Below are positions 19,078-28,056 of a DNA stretch of 64,000 nucleotides, piece after piece (within the stretch, counting starts at the first letter, position 1; every line of letters begins with the position of its first letter). Under the pieces are notes generated by a model, which searched no databases, was not told the origin of the DNA, and saw nothing but the letters and a program-made list of their open reading frames with translations. The stretch spans positions 3,708-67,707 of the IMG/VR virus record IMGVR_UViG_2513237163_000001; one strand, 5' to 3'. The stretch is from a virus. The translations under genes and the position numbers were made by a program.

Positions 19078-20262
19078 ATGCAGAAAATTATCGCGCGCCT
19101 TGGTGAAACCAGAGAGGGTGGGCGCGTCCGACGCCAACTGAATTTCTCGCATGGTGAGATCTGGTGGGACATCTCTGGACCCGATGAAGCCCTACCGCCG
19201 CCATTGAGTCGCCATGACATGGCGGCGACCGCTTTGATTTTCAAAGCGATGCACATCGGCCATTCGCTTCACATTGATGGCCCTGTATCCTCGTCGCTGC
19301 TGGAAAACCTCGAAAACTTCGTAGCAAGCTGGGCAGTCTGGCGCCCTGACCTGTATAAGCGCGTGGGCATCACCGCCACCGAGATTGTCCGGGACGATCA
19401 GCCGGCCGCCGGCGCAACCGGCAAAGCTGTAGCAGCATTCTCCGGCGGAGTTGACGCATCCTTTACCCTCCTTAGGCACGCGAGGGGTGATGTTGGGTTG
19501 CGCAGCAAGAATCTTGTCGCAGGCGTCCTCATTCAGGGGCTGGACATTCCGCTAGACAAGAACGACGCCTTTGACAAGGCCGCCATCTCTGCGGCCGACA
19601 GTCTTCGATCACTTGACGTTCCCTTTGCAACGGTGCGGACAAACTGGAAGTCGGTAGCGTGCACTCAATGGGAGATGGAGTTCGGCACCGCCGTGGCAAC
19701 TTGCCTCCGGAATTGGCTCGGTAAGGCCGACACCGCCCTCATTGGCTCCGATGAAGACTACTCCCGCCTTGTTCTTCCATGGGGCGGAAATCCCATCACC
19801 TATTCAATGCTCTCCTCGCGAGACCTCACGGTCGTTTATGACGGCGGCGAGTTTGCGCGCACGGAGAAGGTCGAATATCTTAACTCCTGGGCCGCAGGCG
19901 TGCGCAATTTGCGCGTTTGCTGGGAAGGCCCGATCACCGGCGAAAACTGCGGATACTGCGAGAAGTGCGTGCGCACCAAGATGAACTTCCTTGCCGTCGG
20001 CGCAAGGCTGCCTGCGTCACTGCCCGGCCATCTGACGCCATGGCGAGTGTTGAACGTTCGCGCGGGGAACGACGGCCAGGTCGCACTCCTCAGCGAGATC
20101 TACGACATCGCAAAAGACAGGCAGATTGACGCGCCTTGGGTCACGGCTCTCCACTACTCACTGACCAAGAATCGCCTCATGAACTCCGCGCGCCGCTTCA
20201 AAATCCTCAAGTCGGCTTGGAAATTTACCAAGTCTCTAGGGCTAAGACCGGCCACACAGTGA
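19078..20262 (+). CDS. PP-loop (AANH) ATPase with QueC/MurL-like Zn motif, polysaccharide-cluster type
   Basis: AFSGGVDAS PP-loop; PWGGNP; LRVCW..NCGYCEKCVRT. Confidence 0.75.
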   Translation: MQKIIARLGETREGGRVRRQLNFSHGEIWWDISGPDEALPPPLSRHDMAATALIFKAMHIGHSLHIDGPVSSSLLENLENFVASWAVWRPDLYKRVGITATEIVRDDQPAAGATGKAVAAFSGGVDASFTLLRHARGDVGLRSKNLVAGVLIQGLDIPLDKNDAFDKAAISAADSLRSLDVPFATVRTNWKSVACTQWEMEFGTAVATCLRNWLGKADTALIGSDEDYSRLVLPWGGNPITYSMLSSRDLTVVYDGGEFARTEKVEYLNSWAAGVRNLRVCWEGPITGENCGYCEKCVRTKMNFLAVGARLPASLPGHLTPWRVLNVRAGNDGQVALLSEIYDIAKDRQIDAPWVTALHYSLTKNRLMNSARRFKILKSAWKFTKSLGLRPATQ

Positions 20263-21707
20263 ATAGGAAGTCGCTATCTGCGGCGGTCCCGTGGGCGGCA
20301 TTTGATGCCGTCGCGGCTGCCGCTCTCAACCTGTTCACGATTGCCCTGCTCTCAAAAATCCTCAGCCCCCGGGATTTTGGGCTGGTCGTCCTCGCGCAGT
20401 CCGTCGTCGCAGTTGTCCAGCTCGTGGGTGGGCTCGGGCTTCAAGACGCCATTGTTCAGCGCAAGCAGATCGACCAGGCATGTCAGGACAGCGCCTTCAC
20501 GACATCAAGCGTCATGGGGCTCGTCGGCTCCGTCGTCTGCGCGCTAATCGCCGCCATTCTCGCTAGGGCGGGCCAGGACACAACGCTTTGCTACGTGATC
20601 CTGGTGGAAGGCCTATCCTGCACGCTTGTTGGCATCGCCACGCTGCCAACCGCGATCCTCACGCGCTCCTTGCGGACGAGCACTCTGGCGAAGCGCACTC
20701 TCGTTGGGCGACTGTCCTATCTGCTTGTCGCGACACTTCTCGCGCTGTCGCATTGGGGGCTATGGAGCATCGTCATTGCCAATGCGGTGCAAAACCTTAT
20801 CTGCACCGCAATGGTATGGCTATCTATCGAGAACAAGCCGAAGCTGCGATTCTCATGGGCGCACACGAAAGGCCTCATTGCGTTCGGCGCCCCCGTCATG
20901 CTTGAGGGAGTTCTATGGTCCGTTCTGACGCGCGTTTTCAACGTCCTGGTGGCCAGATACCACGGCCTTGATGCGCTCGGGTTCCTCAACATGGCAATGA
21001 GGGCCACCGACGCTCTTGCCGGGATAGTCCAGTCCGTATGTAGCAAGGTTGCCCTGCCGATGCTCTCGCAGCATCAGGATGACCCGGGGCGACTTCGCCT
21101 CTCGTTCATGCGGGCTACGGAACTGCTCTCCTTCATCTCTTTTCCGGCCTTCCTCGGGCTTGGCGTCACCTCTGACCTGTGGGTGCCTCTACTCCTCGGG
21201 CAGCAGTGGTCCAATGCCGTGCCGGCGGTTCAGTTGCTATGCGTGTACTGGGCCGTCATGCTTGCGCGGATGTTTGTCGCATACTGCCTGCGCGCCGTCG
21301 GGAAGACCACTGTCTACCTACTTCCAGCGGGAATATCTGCCATCACAACAGTGGCCGCGGTAATCCTCATGTCCGGTATGGAGCCCATCTATACGGTCTA
21401 CGCTTGGGCGGGCCGCCTCATCATCACCGTGCCGATCGGGGCGTATTTGCTCCTTCGCTTTACCAGCATTGATTACCGGAGCCAGTTTTCTCCACTGGTG
21501 GGGCCAGCATTTTGCTCTGTCCTTATGATCGCGGCGATCGTCTGGCTCCGGCATTCATACACGCCCGCCAACAGCTACTACCTGCTCCTCGCAGAGATTC
21601 TGATCGGCATGCTGTCATACGCCGTGGTTGCCGCAGCGTATTACCACAGGCTTACGTCGCAAGCGGCCCGCGCCCTGCGGGCGCGATTCTTAGCCAGTGC
21701 TAACTGA
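20259..21707 (+). CDS. wzx: Wzx-type polysaccharide flippase (MOP superfamily, 482 aa)
   Basis: GTG at 20259 coupled to upstream TGA; many hydrophobic segments; LSKILSPRDFGLV, GLQDAIVQRK, LGQQWSNAVP motifs. Confidence 0.85.
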   Translation: MNRKSLSAAVPWAAFDAVAAAALNLFTIALLSKILSPRDFGLVVLAQSVVAVVQLVGGLGLQDAIVQRKQIDQACQDSAFTTSSVMGLVGSVVCALIAAILARAGQDTTLCYVILVEGLSCTLVGIATLPTAILTRSLRTSTLAKRTLVGRLSYLLVATLLALSHWGLWSIVIANAVQNLICTAMVWLSIENKPKLRFSWAHTKGLIAFGAPVMLEGVLWSVLTRVFNVLVARYHGLDALGFLNMAMRATDALAGIVQSVCSKVALPMLSQHQDDPGRLRLSFMRATELLSFISFPAFLGLGVTSDLWVPLLLGQQWSNAVPAVQLLCVYWAVMLARMFVAYCLRAVGKTTVYLLPAGISAITTVAAVILMSGMEPIYTVYAWAGRLIITVPIGAYLLLRFTSIDYRSQFSPLVGPAFCSVLMIAAIVWLRHSYTPANSYYLLLAEILIGMLSYAVVAAAYYHRLTSQAARALRARFLASAN

Positions 21708-23126
21708 TTTGAGAATCAGTCGGCGCGCAATAAGGTCGCTCACCTTGAACGTTACAAGCGCTCCGGCTGACACCGTGAGTGGCGATGCACGCCCACCGAG
21801 ATCAATATTCCCCGAATTTCCGAAGGCCTGGGTAGTTTGGCCTCCATTCGCAATCAGTCGAATCGTAAGCTCCTGATTTGGTAGCATCTCGCAACTGATG
21901 TTGTTGATCTGCGTTGCAGAGCACTGAACCGCGGGAAATTCCGTGTGGCCGGTGATTAGCGTATCGGATGTTGCGGCTGCAAGCTGCTTGGTAATGCCGC
22001 TAGAACGTCCAACGAGCGCAGTTCCAGAAATCGTGTTCGGCCTCGGGTAGAAATACAAGACGTTGCTGCCGATGGCGATCTCATCAAAGGCACCGAGAAT
22101 GGTATTGCCACCGAATTCGGCGCCAACCGCATTCCCCATATACAAAAGGTAGCCGCTGCCATCTCCTACGGAGCCTGCATTGGCAAATCGGTTTCGCTCC
22201 ACGACATGCCCAACCCCCCCGCCATCCAATCGGACGGATTCTGCCAAGTTCTCAAACCAGTTGTCATCCACATGCACCTGACTGGCGCCATAGACATCGA
22301 TGGCTCGTCTCGCATTCTGGAAGGTGCACTTGTTCTTGAACGTCACATTGCCAGGGAAGACGGTATCCGTGCTCCGACCGTGTCGGGCAATCGTTCCAAC
22401 CCGGTTCGTGCTCACCCGATTTTGCAGGGTGCACGAATCAAAGGTCACCTGCCCGTGCTGCCCCCGCATGTCCAGGGCGTAGCCGGTCGTGCCCTCAACG
22501 TTCACATCGACGTCGATGAAGTTGACGAACTGTTGCGGCAGCAGTGCGCTATTGTCTAGTGTGCCAATGGACTGGATGCCGTTGTCAAAGAAGTCGATCT
22601 GGATGTCAGAGAACGACGAATTCCATAGTCCGCCGGCATTACCCTGAGCCGCTAGTGGCTGCGCGACGAACTGCATAGCAAAGCATCCGGCATTGGTGGG
22701 CGCCCCTGCCGATCCACCTACCATCCGATAGCTACTATCATTTAGGAACTGGATGGCACCGGGCACAAGCTTCTGCATGCCCCCAGCCAGGCCAGCTGCC
22801 GCAATGAACTGTGTAGCTCGCGCACCCTGCCCGAACATTGATACGTAGGCTTGCCGGAGAATGGACGAAGCGATGTAGAAACTTTCGTCGGAGAACTCGA
22901 GAGCCCAGCCTGTAAAGTTGTTGTGGTTGTGGAGGAATAGCAGCGCAGCGTTGATCTCCACGTCATCAGCGACCCCGTCACAGATGACGTCGCAGCCCGA
23001 GCCTTGGCGCCCAACGGTATAGCGCATGCGCCTGCCAATCTTTGTCCCGTCGGGGAACTGGGCATATTTTTGTTGTCGGCCACTATCGGTCCCGACTCGC
23101 GCGCTGGGAGCGTCAAGGATTGACAT
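21690..23126 (-). CDS. Tailspike-like right-handed beta-helix (pectate-lyase/GH28-like) protein
   Basis: CDGVADDVEINAAL N-terminal motif, G/N-rich beta-helix repeats, in tail gene operon. Confidence 0.75.
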   Translation of the reverse strand: MSILDAPSARVGTDSGRQQKYAQFPDGTKIGRRMRYTVGRQGSGCDVICDGVADDVEINAALLFLHNHNNFTGWALEFSDESFYIASSILRQAYVSMFGQGARATQFIAAAGLAGGMQKLVPGAIQFLNDSSYRMVGGSAGAPTNAGCFAMQFVAQPLAAQGNAGGLWNSSFSDIQIDFFDNGIQSIGTLDNSALLPQQFVNFIDVDVNVEGTTGYALDMRGQHGQVTFDSCTLQNRVSTNRVGTIARHGRSTDTVFPGNVTFKNKCTFQNARRAIDVYGASQVHVDDNWFENLAESVRLDGGGVGHVVERNRFANAGSVGDGSGYLLYMGNAVGAEFGGNTILGAFDEIAIGSNVLYFYPRPNTISGTALVGRSSGITKQLAAATSDTLITGHTEFPAVQCSATQINNISCEMLPNQELTIRLIANGGQTTQAFGNSGNIDLGGRASPLTVSAGALVTFKVSDLIARRLILKSVSTG

Positions 23127-23134
23127 ACATCACC

Positions 23135-23983
23135 TCACGAAATAGTAATGGCCGGCTGCACAGTGACAGAGCCGTTGGCGTCGCGCGTCACAGCGGGTTG
23201 CGTGACGGTCTTGGTCGTGGTGCCGAAGTAGGTCACGTGGTACGCATCAATGGCAGGCGTCACGCCATTGACAGCATCCGTTGTGAATACGCCGCTGGTG
23301 CCGTCCGGCCAGGTGATATTGGCCGACAACAGCACGTTATTGCTGTCGCGCGTGACGCTGGATAGCGAAGCGAACGAGCTACTGGCCACCCATGCCTTCA
23401 GTCGCATGTTCAGCCAGAATCCGGTGAGATAGTCCCGAATCTTGGCGACCGTCGTCTGCAGTAGACCAGCCCCACGACTAGCCGGGATCGTTTCCGCGCC
23501 GGTCAGCGTGCCGGCGTCCGTGGCGGTGCCGTTGGCGATGGCGGAATTCGCTGCGGCAGCTGCAGCAGCGGAGCCGGCTGCGGCTGCGGCGGATGTTGCC
23601 GCATTGCCGGCCTGTGTGGTTGCCGTGCCGGCCTGACTGGTTGCAGTCGTCGCTGATGTGGTAGCGCTAGCGGCTTGGGTTGTCGCAATGCCAGCCTGTG
23701 CGGTCGCCGTGTCGCGCGCCGTCTCAGCACCTTGGCGCGCGGCTACCGCCTGCGTGGCACTTGCCGCCGAGTCACTCTTGCTCTGCGCTGAGGCGATTTG
23801 GCTGGCGCCAGCCGCGTCACGCGCCGTAGCGGCGGCGGTACTGGCTGCGCTTGCTGTGGCGGCAGACGCTGCGGCGGCCTCCGCGAGGGAAACGCGCTCC
23901 AGGTATTTGAGGTTGGCCTCAGATTCCGCGAAAGTAGGCGTCCGCCCGAGGTCGCCGCGAAGCAGGAGGTGATCGGTTTCCAT
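23135..23983 (-). CDS. Tail fibre/adapter with Ala-rich repeats
   Basis: Stf-like Ala/Ser/Thr repeats, beta-rich C-terminal domain. Confidence 0.65.
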   Translation of the reverse strand: METDHLLLRGDLGRTPTFAESEANLKYLERVSLAEAAAASAATASAASTAAATARDAAGASQIASAQSKSDSAASATQAVAARQGAETARDTATAQAGIATTQAASATTSATTATSQAGTATTQAGNAATSAAAAAGSAAAAAAANSAIANGTATDAGTLTGAETIPASRGAGLLQTTVAKIRDYLTGFWLNMRLKAWVASSSFASLSSVTRDSNNVLLSANITWPDGTSGVFTTDAVNGVTPAIDAYHVTYFGTTTKTVTQPAVTRDANGSVTVQPAITIS

Positions 23984-24001
23984 CGAGTCTTCCGTGGTGG
24001 G

Positions 24002-25087
24002 TTACAGGCTGCCGTAGGCGGTGAGCACCCAGGCCGCGCCGTCATAGGTGGCGCGAGCCCATTGGCCGGGGTTCAGGTACTTCAGCGCAGCGACACCCAC
24101 CAGATCGGCGCCAGCCGCGGCAGCGGTGCGGGTGACATGCACGCGATCACCAGTCGCCGGGTTCGTCGTGTTCAGGGTGACGGTGCGCGGCGCAGTGATC
24201 GCTACGTCATAGATGACAGTGGTATCGACCACTCGCCCGGTGGTCACGTCGGCATTACCTGGCTTCGTGACGGTCGGCACGATCGTGCCGGCACTTGCCG
24301 CCGCAGCCGCGGCGCTCGCTGCCGCCGCCGTAGCACTCGCCGCAGCATTCCCTGCCTGCGTCGTTGCAGTGGTTGCTGAACCTGCGGCTGCCGTTGCGCT
24401 GCCCGCTGCCGCCGTGGCGGAGGCCGCGGCATTGCCGGCCTGCGTCGTGGCCGTGGCGGCGCTGCCCGCCGATGCCGTCGCCGAGCCCGCCGCAGCCGCG
24501 GCCGATCCGGCTGCATTCCCCTCAGACGTCGCCGCATTCACCCGCGACGCCTCCGAGGCATTGGCACTGGTAGTAGCGGACTGCGACGAAGCGAGGGCTG
24601 CTGCAGCTTGGGTACCTGCACTGGCGGCGCTACCTGCCCCTGCCGTGGCACTTCCTGCGGCTGCAGTCTGTGCGGCTTGCGCTGCTACCTTGGCTGCGGT
24701 GGCTTGGCCCACCAGGTCGGAGGCCAACCCGCTCACCTCTTCAAAGAACTGCTGGAAGTCCGCCTTCGGCTCTGCAACCAACTCGGCAATCTCATCGAGA
24801 TTGGCCGACGGCGCATCCGGGACGACAGCCAGCGCGCTATAGGCCTTGAGCCCGCCCGTCGGCGAAATCTTGATCTTGTACGAGGAGCCCGCCGCACCAA
24901 GGACGTTCGGGAACAGGCTCAGCGTGCATTCGCCAAAGGCATCGGTCACGCCCTCCACTTCGCGCGGCACCGCGAAGCCTTGGTAGATCTCATACCGGTC
25001 CAGCTTCGCCGTGACCTTGGCACCGACAACTGCCTGGGCGCCCTGGTCATAGAGCCGCACGAGGACGGCGCATGTTGGAATGCTCAT
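24002..25087 (-). CDS. Side tail fibre-like protein
   Basis: N-terminal anchor-like domain then ATTQAGNAAASATAAAGS repeats (lambda Stf-like). Confidence 0.7.
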   Translation of the reverse strand: MSIPTCAVLVRLYDQGAQAVVGAKVTAKLDRYEIYQGFAVPREVEGVTDAFGECTLSLFPNVLGAAGSSYKIKISPTGGLKAYSALAVVPDAPSANLDEIAELVAEPKADFQQFFEEVSGLASDLVGQATAAKVAAQAAQTAAAGSATAGAGSAASAGTQAAAALASSQSATTSANASEASRVNAATSEGNAAGSAAAAAGSATASAGSAATATTQAGNAAASATAAAGSATAAAGSATTATTQAGNAAASATAAAASAAAAAASAGTIVPTVTKPGNADVTTGRVVDTTVIYDVAITAPRTVTLNTTNPATGDRVHVTRTAAAAGADLVGVAALKYLNPGQWARATYDGAAWVLTAYGSL

Positions 25088-25098
25088 GGGGTCTCCAG

Positions 25099-25740
25099 TT
25101 ATCGGCCGAAGCGCACCGAATAGACGGTGCCGGTACCGCTCACGCCGTCGTTGAGGCGGTCCGCGCTGGCCTTGTCGCGCTCAGTCACGTAGAGGGTTTC
25201 GTGGTAGCCCGCCTGCTCCGCGCTGCTCCAGGCCTTGCTCGGCATCGCCATCAGATCGGCCTTGGCGCGCTCCAGCACGGCCCGGCGCCAGCGCGAGGCG
25301 ATCGCATCGGGGATGGTGGTTGCCGTGGCCTTGGGCTTGAGCGCCACGCGCACGGTCAGCGCCAGATCGGCGCCGGCATTGAGCGGGATCGGATAGAGGC
25401 GAAGCTCGCCCCACGTGACCATGTTGTAGAACCGCGGCGCGCCCGTGGCCGTCTGCCAGGCGGCAAAAATCCGGGAGATCTCCGGCACGGTCTTGGCCGT
25501 CAGTTCCACGCCCGGCGCCCACACCTCTCGGACCATCACCAGATCGGCGCCGGTGGGCAGGTCCAACTCATAGACCGCCTTGTTGTCGAACACCAGAATG
25601 GGGTCAAGCCACTCCATCCACGCTTGGGTGTCTTCGCAGAACTTGATTGCCGCCTGCACCACGGCGCGGCGCACCGTGAATTCCGGGCAGGACTCCACGT
25701 CTGCCATGATGTCTGGCAGGAAATCGTCAATCGCAGCCAT
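25099..25740 (-). CDS. Head-tail adaptor / tail tubular protein
   Basis: 213 aa, AVVQAAIKFCEDT motif, position after capsid module. Confidence 0.6.
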   Translation of the reverse strand: MAAIDDFLPDIMADVESCPEFTVRRAVVQAAIKFCEDTQAWMEWLDPILVFDNKAVYELDLPTGADLVMVREVWAPGVELTAKTVPEISRIFAAWQTATGAPRFYNMVTWGELRLYPIPLNAGADLALTVRVALKPKATATTIPDAIASRWRRAVLERAKADLMAMPSKAWSSAEQAGYHETLYVTERDKASADRLNDGVSGTGTVYSVRFGR

Positions 25741-25743
25741 GGA

Positions 25744-26532
25744 TTACCTCGCGGCGGCGGGCACGGCCGGGTTGAGCGGCAGCACCTGCAAATTCGGGTT
25801 GTTCCCGGTCAGGGCCTGCACCTGGGAATTGAGCGAGGACAGGAACATCGACGCGAACGTGTTGGCCAGGCCAGCGTTGGTCGCGTATTCCGAGTCCTTC
25901 ATGTAGGCGCGGGCAACGACGTAGTTCACGAGGTCATCGAGATACTTGTCGTCCACGCCAATGACCCCGGCGTCGCTCCCATCCTTGCCATAGCGAGGCG
26001 TTCCGGACGTGCCGGTATTGGGGATGGGTGCCGGGTTGGCGAGATAGCTCGCCTCGACCCACATCGCCGGCGAGGCCGGGACTGCGGGGTAGACGTAGAA
26101 GTACTTGGGCGTGCGCGGGTCGTAGACGAATGCCTCGACCTTCGCGCCCGTGGTCGTGTGCCAGTTCGGGTTCTGCGCGTCCAGCACGTCGCGCGAGATC
26201 ACGCGGATGGCGCGGCCCGGCGTGAGACCGTCGGCGCCCATGTTGCGGACGAGCTCGTTCAGCGCATTGCCGTGGACGGTGGCCGGCGTCGAACCGTCAC
26301 CGGGCTTGACGTCCGTGCTCGCAATCGTGTCGAGCGATTGCTTGGTGCCCTGCTTCAGCTTGATCGCATCAACGCGGGCCCCGGCGATCGGGAGATACTT
26401 GGCGATGGCCACCTGCCCGTCATCGAGCCAGCCGACCAGCTCACGCTCGGTCCAGCGCACGAATTGCGGCTCGGCGTCCAGCAGCAGCGTGGAGACGCGA
26501 AAGAGCGCGTCACGGATGAGGACAGATGGCAT
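25744..26532 (-). CDS. Head-tail connector protein (DUF6682-like)
   Basis: RWTERELVGWLDDGQ..LVNYVVARAYMKDSE motifs typical of N4-gp56-capsid phages. Confidence 0.65.
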   Translation of the reverse strand: MPSVLIRDALFRVSTLLLDAEPQFVRWTERELVGWLDDGQVAIAKYLPIAGARVDAIKLKQGTKQSLDTIASTDVKPGDGSTPATVHGNALNELVRNMGADGLTPGRAIRVISRDVLDAQNPNWHTTTGAKVEAFVYDPRTPKYFYVYPAVPASPAMWVEASYLANPAPIPNTGTSGTPRYGKDGSDAGVIGVDDKYLDDLVNYVVARAYMKDSEYATNAGLANTFASMFLSSLNSQVQALTGNNPNLQVLPLNPAVPAAAR

Positions 26533-26544
26533 CGCCGCGGCTCC

Positions 26545-26928
26545 TTACTGCACTGCGCCGTGGTACGAGTAGGCGAAGCGCGGGACGCTGCCCCTCACGA
26601 TGCCTTCCTTCGTGTGGGTGTAGGTATCCTGCACAGCGTTCTGCAGGATCTCCAGAACCTCGACGGGAATCTCGACCATCGCATTGCGGTGGATCGAGTA
26701 GGCGTAGCCGTTGAGCGAGATGTCCACAGGCAGTTTGCCCATGTCGTCGGCGCCGCTATGGATCGTGATTCGGGCCTTGCGGCCGCACAGTTCAACGTCG
26801 TGGCCGACGCTCTTGACGGCGACGGGCGGGACGTTCGGGGTACCGGCCTGCACGCCAGCCGGCGCGGTTGCCATCTGGTCCTCCAGGTCGATGACGGTCG
26901 AATCGGTATTGGTGGGGGTCTTTGCCAT
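26545..26928 (-). CDS. Virion-associated hypothetical protein (127 aa)
   Basis: ATG 26928, GAGG SD; VDISLNGYAYSIHRNAMVEIPVEV..PRFAYS. Confidence 0.6.
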   Translation of the reverse strand: MAKTPTNTDSTVIDLEDQMATAPAGVQAGTPNVPPVAVKSVGHDVELCGRKARITIHSGADDMGKLPVDISLNGYAYSIHRNAMVEIPVEVLEILQNAVQDTYTHTKEGIVRGSVPRFAYSYHGAVQ

Positions 26929-26948
26929 GGTGTTGCCTCTCGTCAATG

Positions 26949-27014
26949 AAAAAACCCGCTTGCGCGGGCTTGGTGGGTGAAGCGGAAATGAAAAACCCCG
27001 CAGGAGCGGGGCTT
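26949..27014 (-). terminator. Two tandem rho-independent terminators
   Basis: AAGCCCCGC-TCCT-GCGGGGTTTTT (26991-27014) and AAGCCCGC-GCAA-GCGGGTTTTTT (26949-26971). Confidence 0.8.
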
Positions 27015-27018
27015 GGGG

Positions 27019-27978
27019 TTACGGCATGTCAGGCCAGTGCCTGTTGTGCTTTCTCAGGTTGTCAGGCCCGGAAAGAACCTGCAGGTTGAACTCGTTATGC
27101 AGGCCGCAGACGATCTTGCTTATCAACGGCACGATGTGGTCGACGTGGTGAACGATGCCGGTCTGCTTCGAGATGCATTGCGCCTCGGCGTAGAACCGTC
27201 GAACCTTCACAAGGTTTGCCCATGCGACTGCAGCATTGCGTTTGGCAGCACGGCGCCGCGCCAGTTTCTCGTTCTCCTTCTCCGCGGACTGACGGGTGTA
27301 TCTCTTGCCAGTTGCGGATACAAAGACACGACCCTCACCTGTCCACATGGGGTTCTTGTCACCGATCATTCTCGCTGACCGCCTTGCGATCGCATCGGGA
27401 TCGGCACCACGACACTCATGGGAGCAGTAGATTCGCCGGCCAGCGTGGCACTCATGTTCCCTAAACTGCTTGCCGCACCATTTGCATGTGAGCGTCTGAA
27501 TCTCGCCATCGCGGCCGTTGTAGGCCTTGCGAATCTTGTAGCCACACTCAAGCGAGCAGGTGCGAACATGACTGAGGCTCGGAGGCAGACTGAACTCCTT
27601 CCCGCACGCCTCACAATCACGAGTCGTTGCTGCCTTGTTGCGCGCATACATGCACGCCTTTGAGCAGTAATCCCCCTTGTCGCTCGCCTTGGGCCGGAAC
27701 TTGGTGCCACATGTTTTGCACTCACGCTCAACCCGGCGGTTCTGTACCACGTGCCAGCATGCCTTCGAGCAGTACAGGCCCGCTCGCGCCGTTGGGTCGA
27801 CGCGGAACGTCACGCCGCAGTGGGCGCATTCACGATGCAACTCCGGACGGCGCGGCTTATACCTGCACGCGTTCGAGCAATTCAGCTTCGGATCGCCTGG
27901 CCTGGCAACATAAAAGGCCGCTCCGCACGTCTTGCACTGACGTTCAATTTTCCCTTTCGGGGCCTTCTCTTCCGCCAC
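27019..27978 (-). CDS. HNH endonuclease with five tandem Zn-finger repeats
   Basis: Five CxxC-x12-14-CSxxC repeats; C-terminal HHVDHIVPL..CGLHNEFNLQVL..DNLRKHN; GTG start. Confidence 0.85.
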   Translation of the reverse strand: MAEEKAPKGKIERQCKTCGAAFYVARPGDPKLNCSNACRYKPRRPELHRECAHCGVTFRVDPTARAGLYCSKACWHVVQNRRVERECKTCGTKFRPKASDKGDYCSKACMYARNKAATTRDCEACGKEFSLPPSLSHVRTCSLECGYKIRKAYNGRDGEIQTLTCKWCGKQFREHECHAGRRIYCSHECRGADPDAIARRSARMIGDKNPMWTGEGRVFVSATGKRYTRQSAEKENEKLARRRAAKRNAAVAWANLVKVRRFYAEAQCISKQTGIVHHVDHIVPLISKIVCGLHNEFNLQVLSGPDNLRKHNRHWPDMP

Positions 27979-28012
27979 AGATTCCCTCCACCATTGCAGG
28001 CGGAGGGAATCT
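27979..28012 (-). promoter_or_regulatory. SD-sequestering hairpin upstream of HNH gene
   Basis: AGAUUCCCUCCGCC-UGCAAU-GGUGGAGGGAAUCU then GUG start; 14 bp with one G-U. Confidence 0.75.
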
Positions 28013-28056
28013 TATGTCACGCGCCTTTATGCTTCAAGACGCATGGATACAACACC

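Noticed and set aside
19078-20262. 7-deazaguanine DNA modification (QueC)
   Set aside because: No QueD, QueE, FolE or DpdA nearby; the long N-terminal extension and wzx coupling point to polysaccharide chemistry.
13418-25087. Diversity-generating retroelement or invertible tail cassette
   Set aside because: No reverse transcriptase, TR/VR pair or invertase found.
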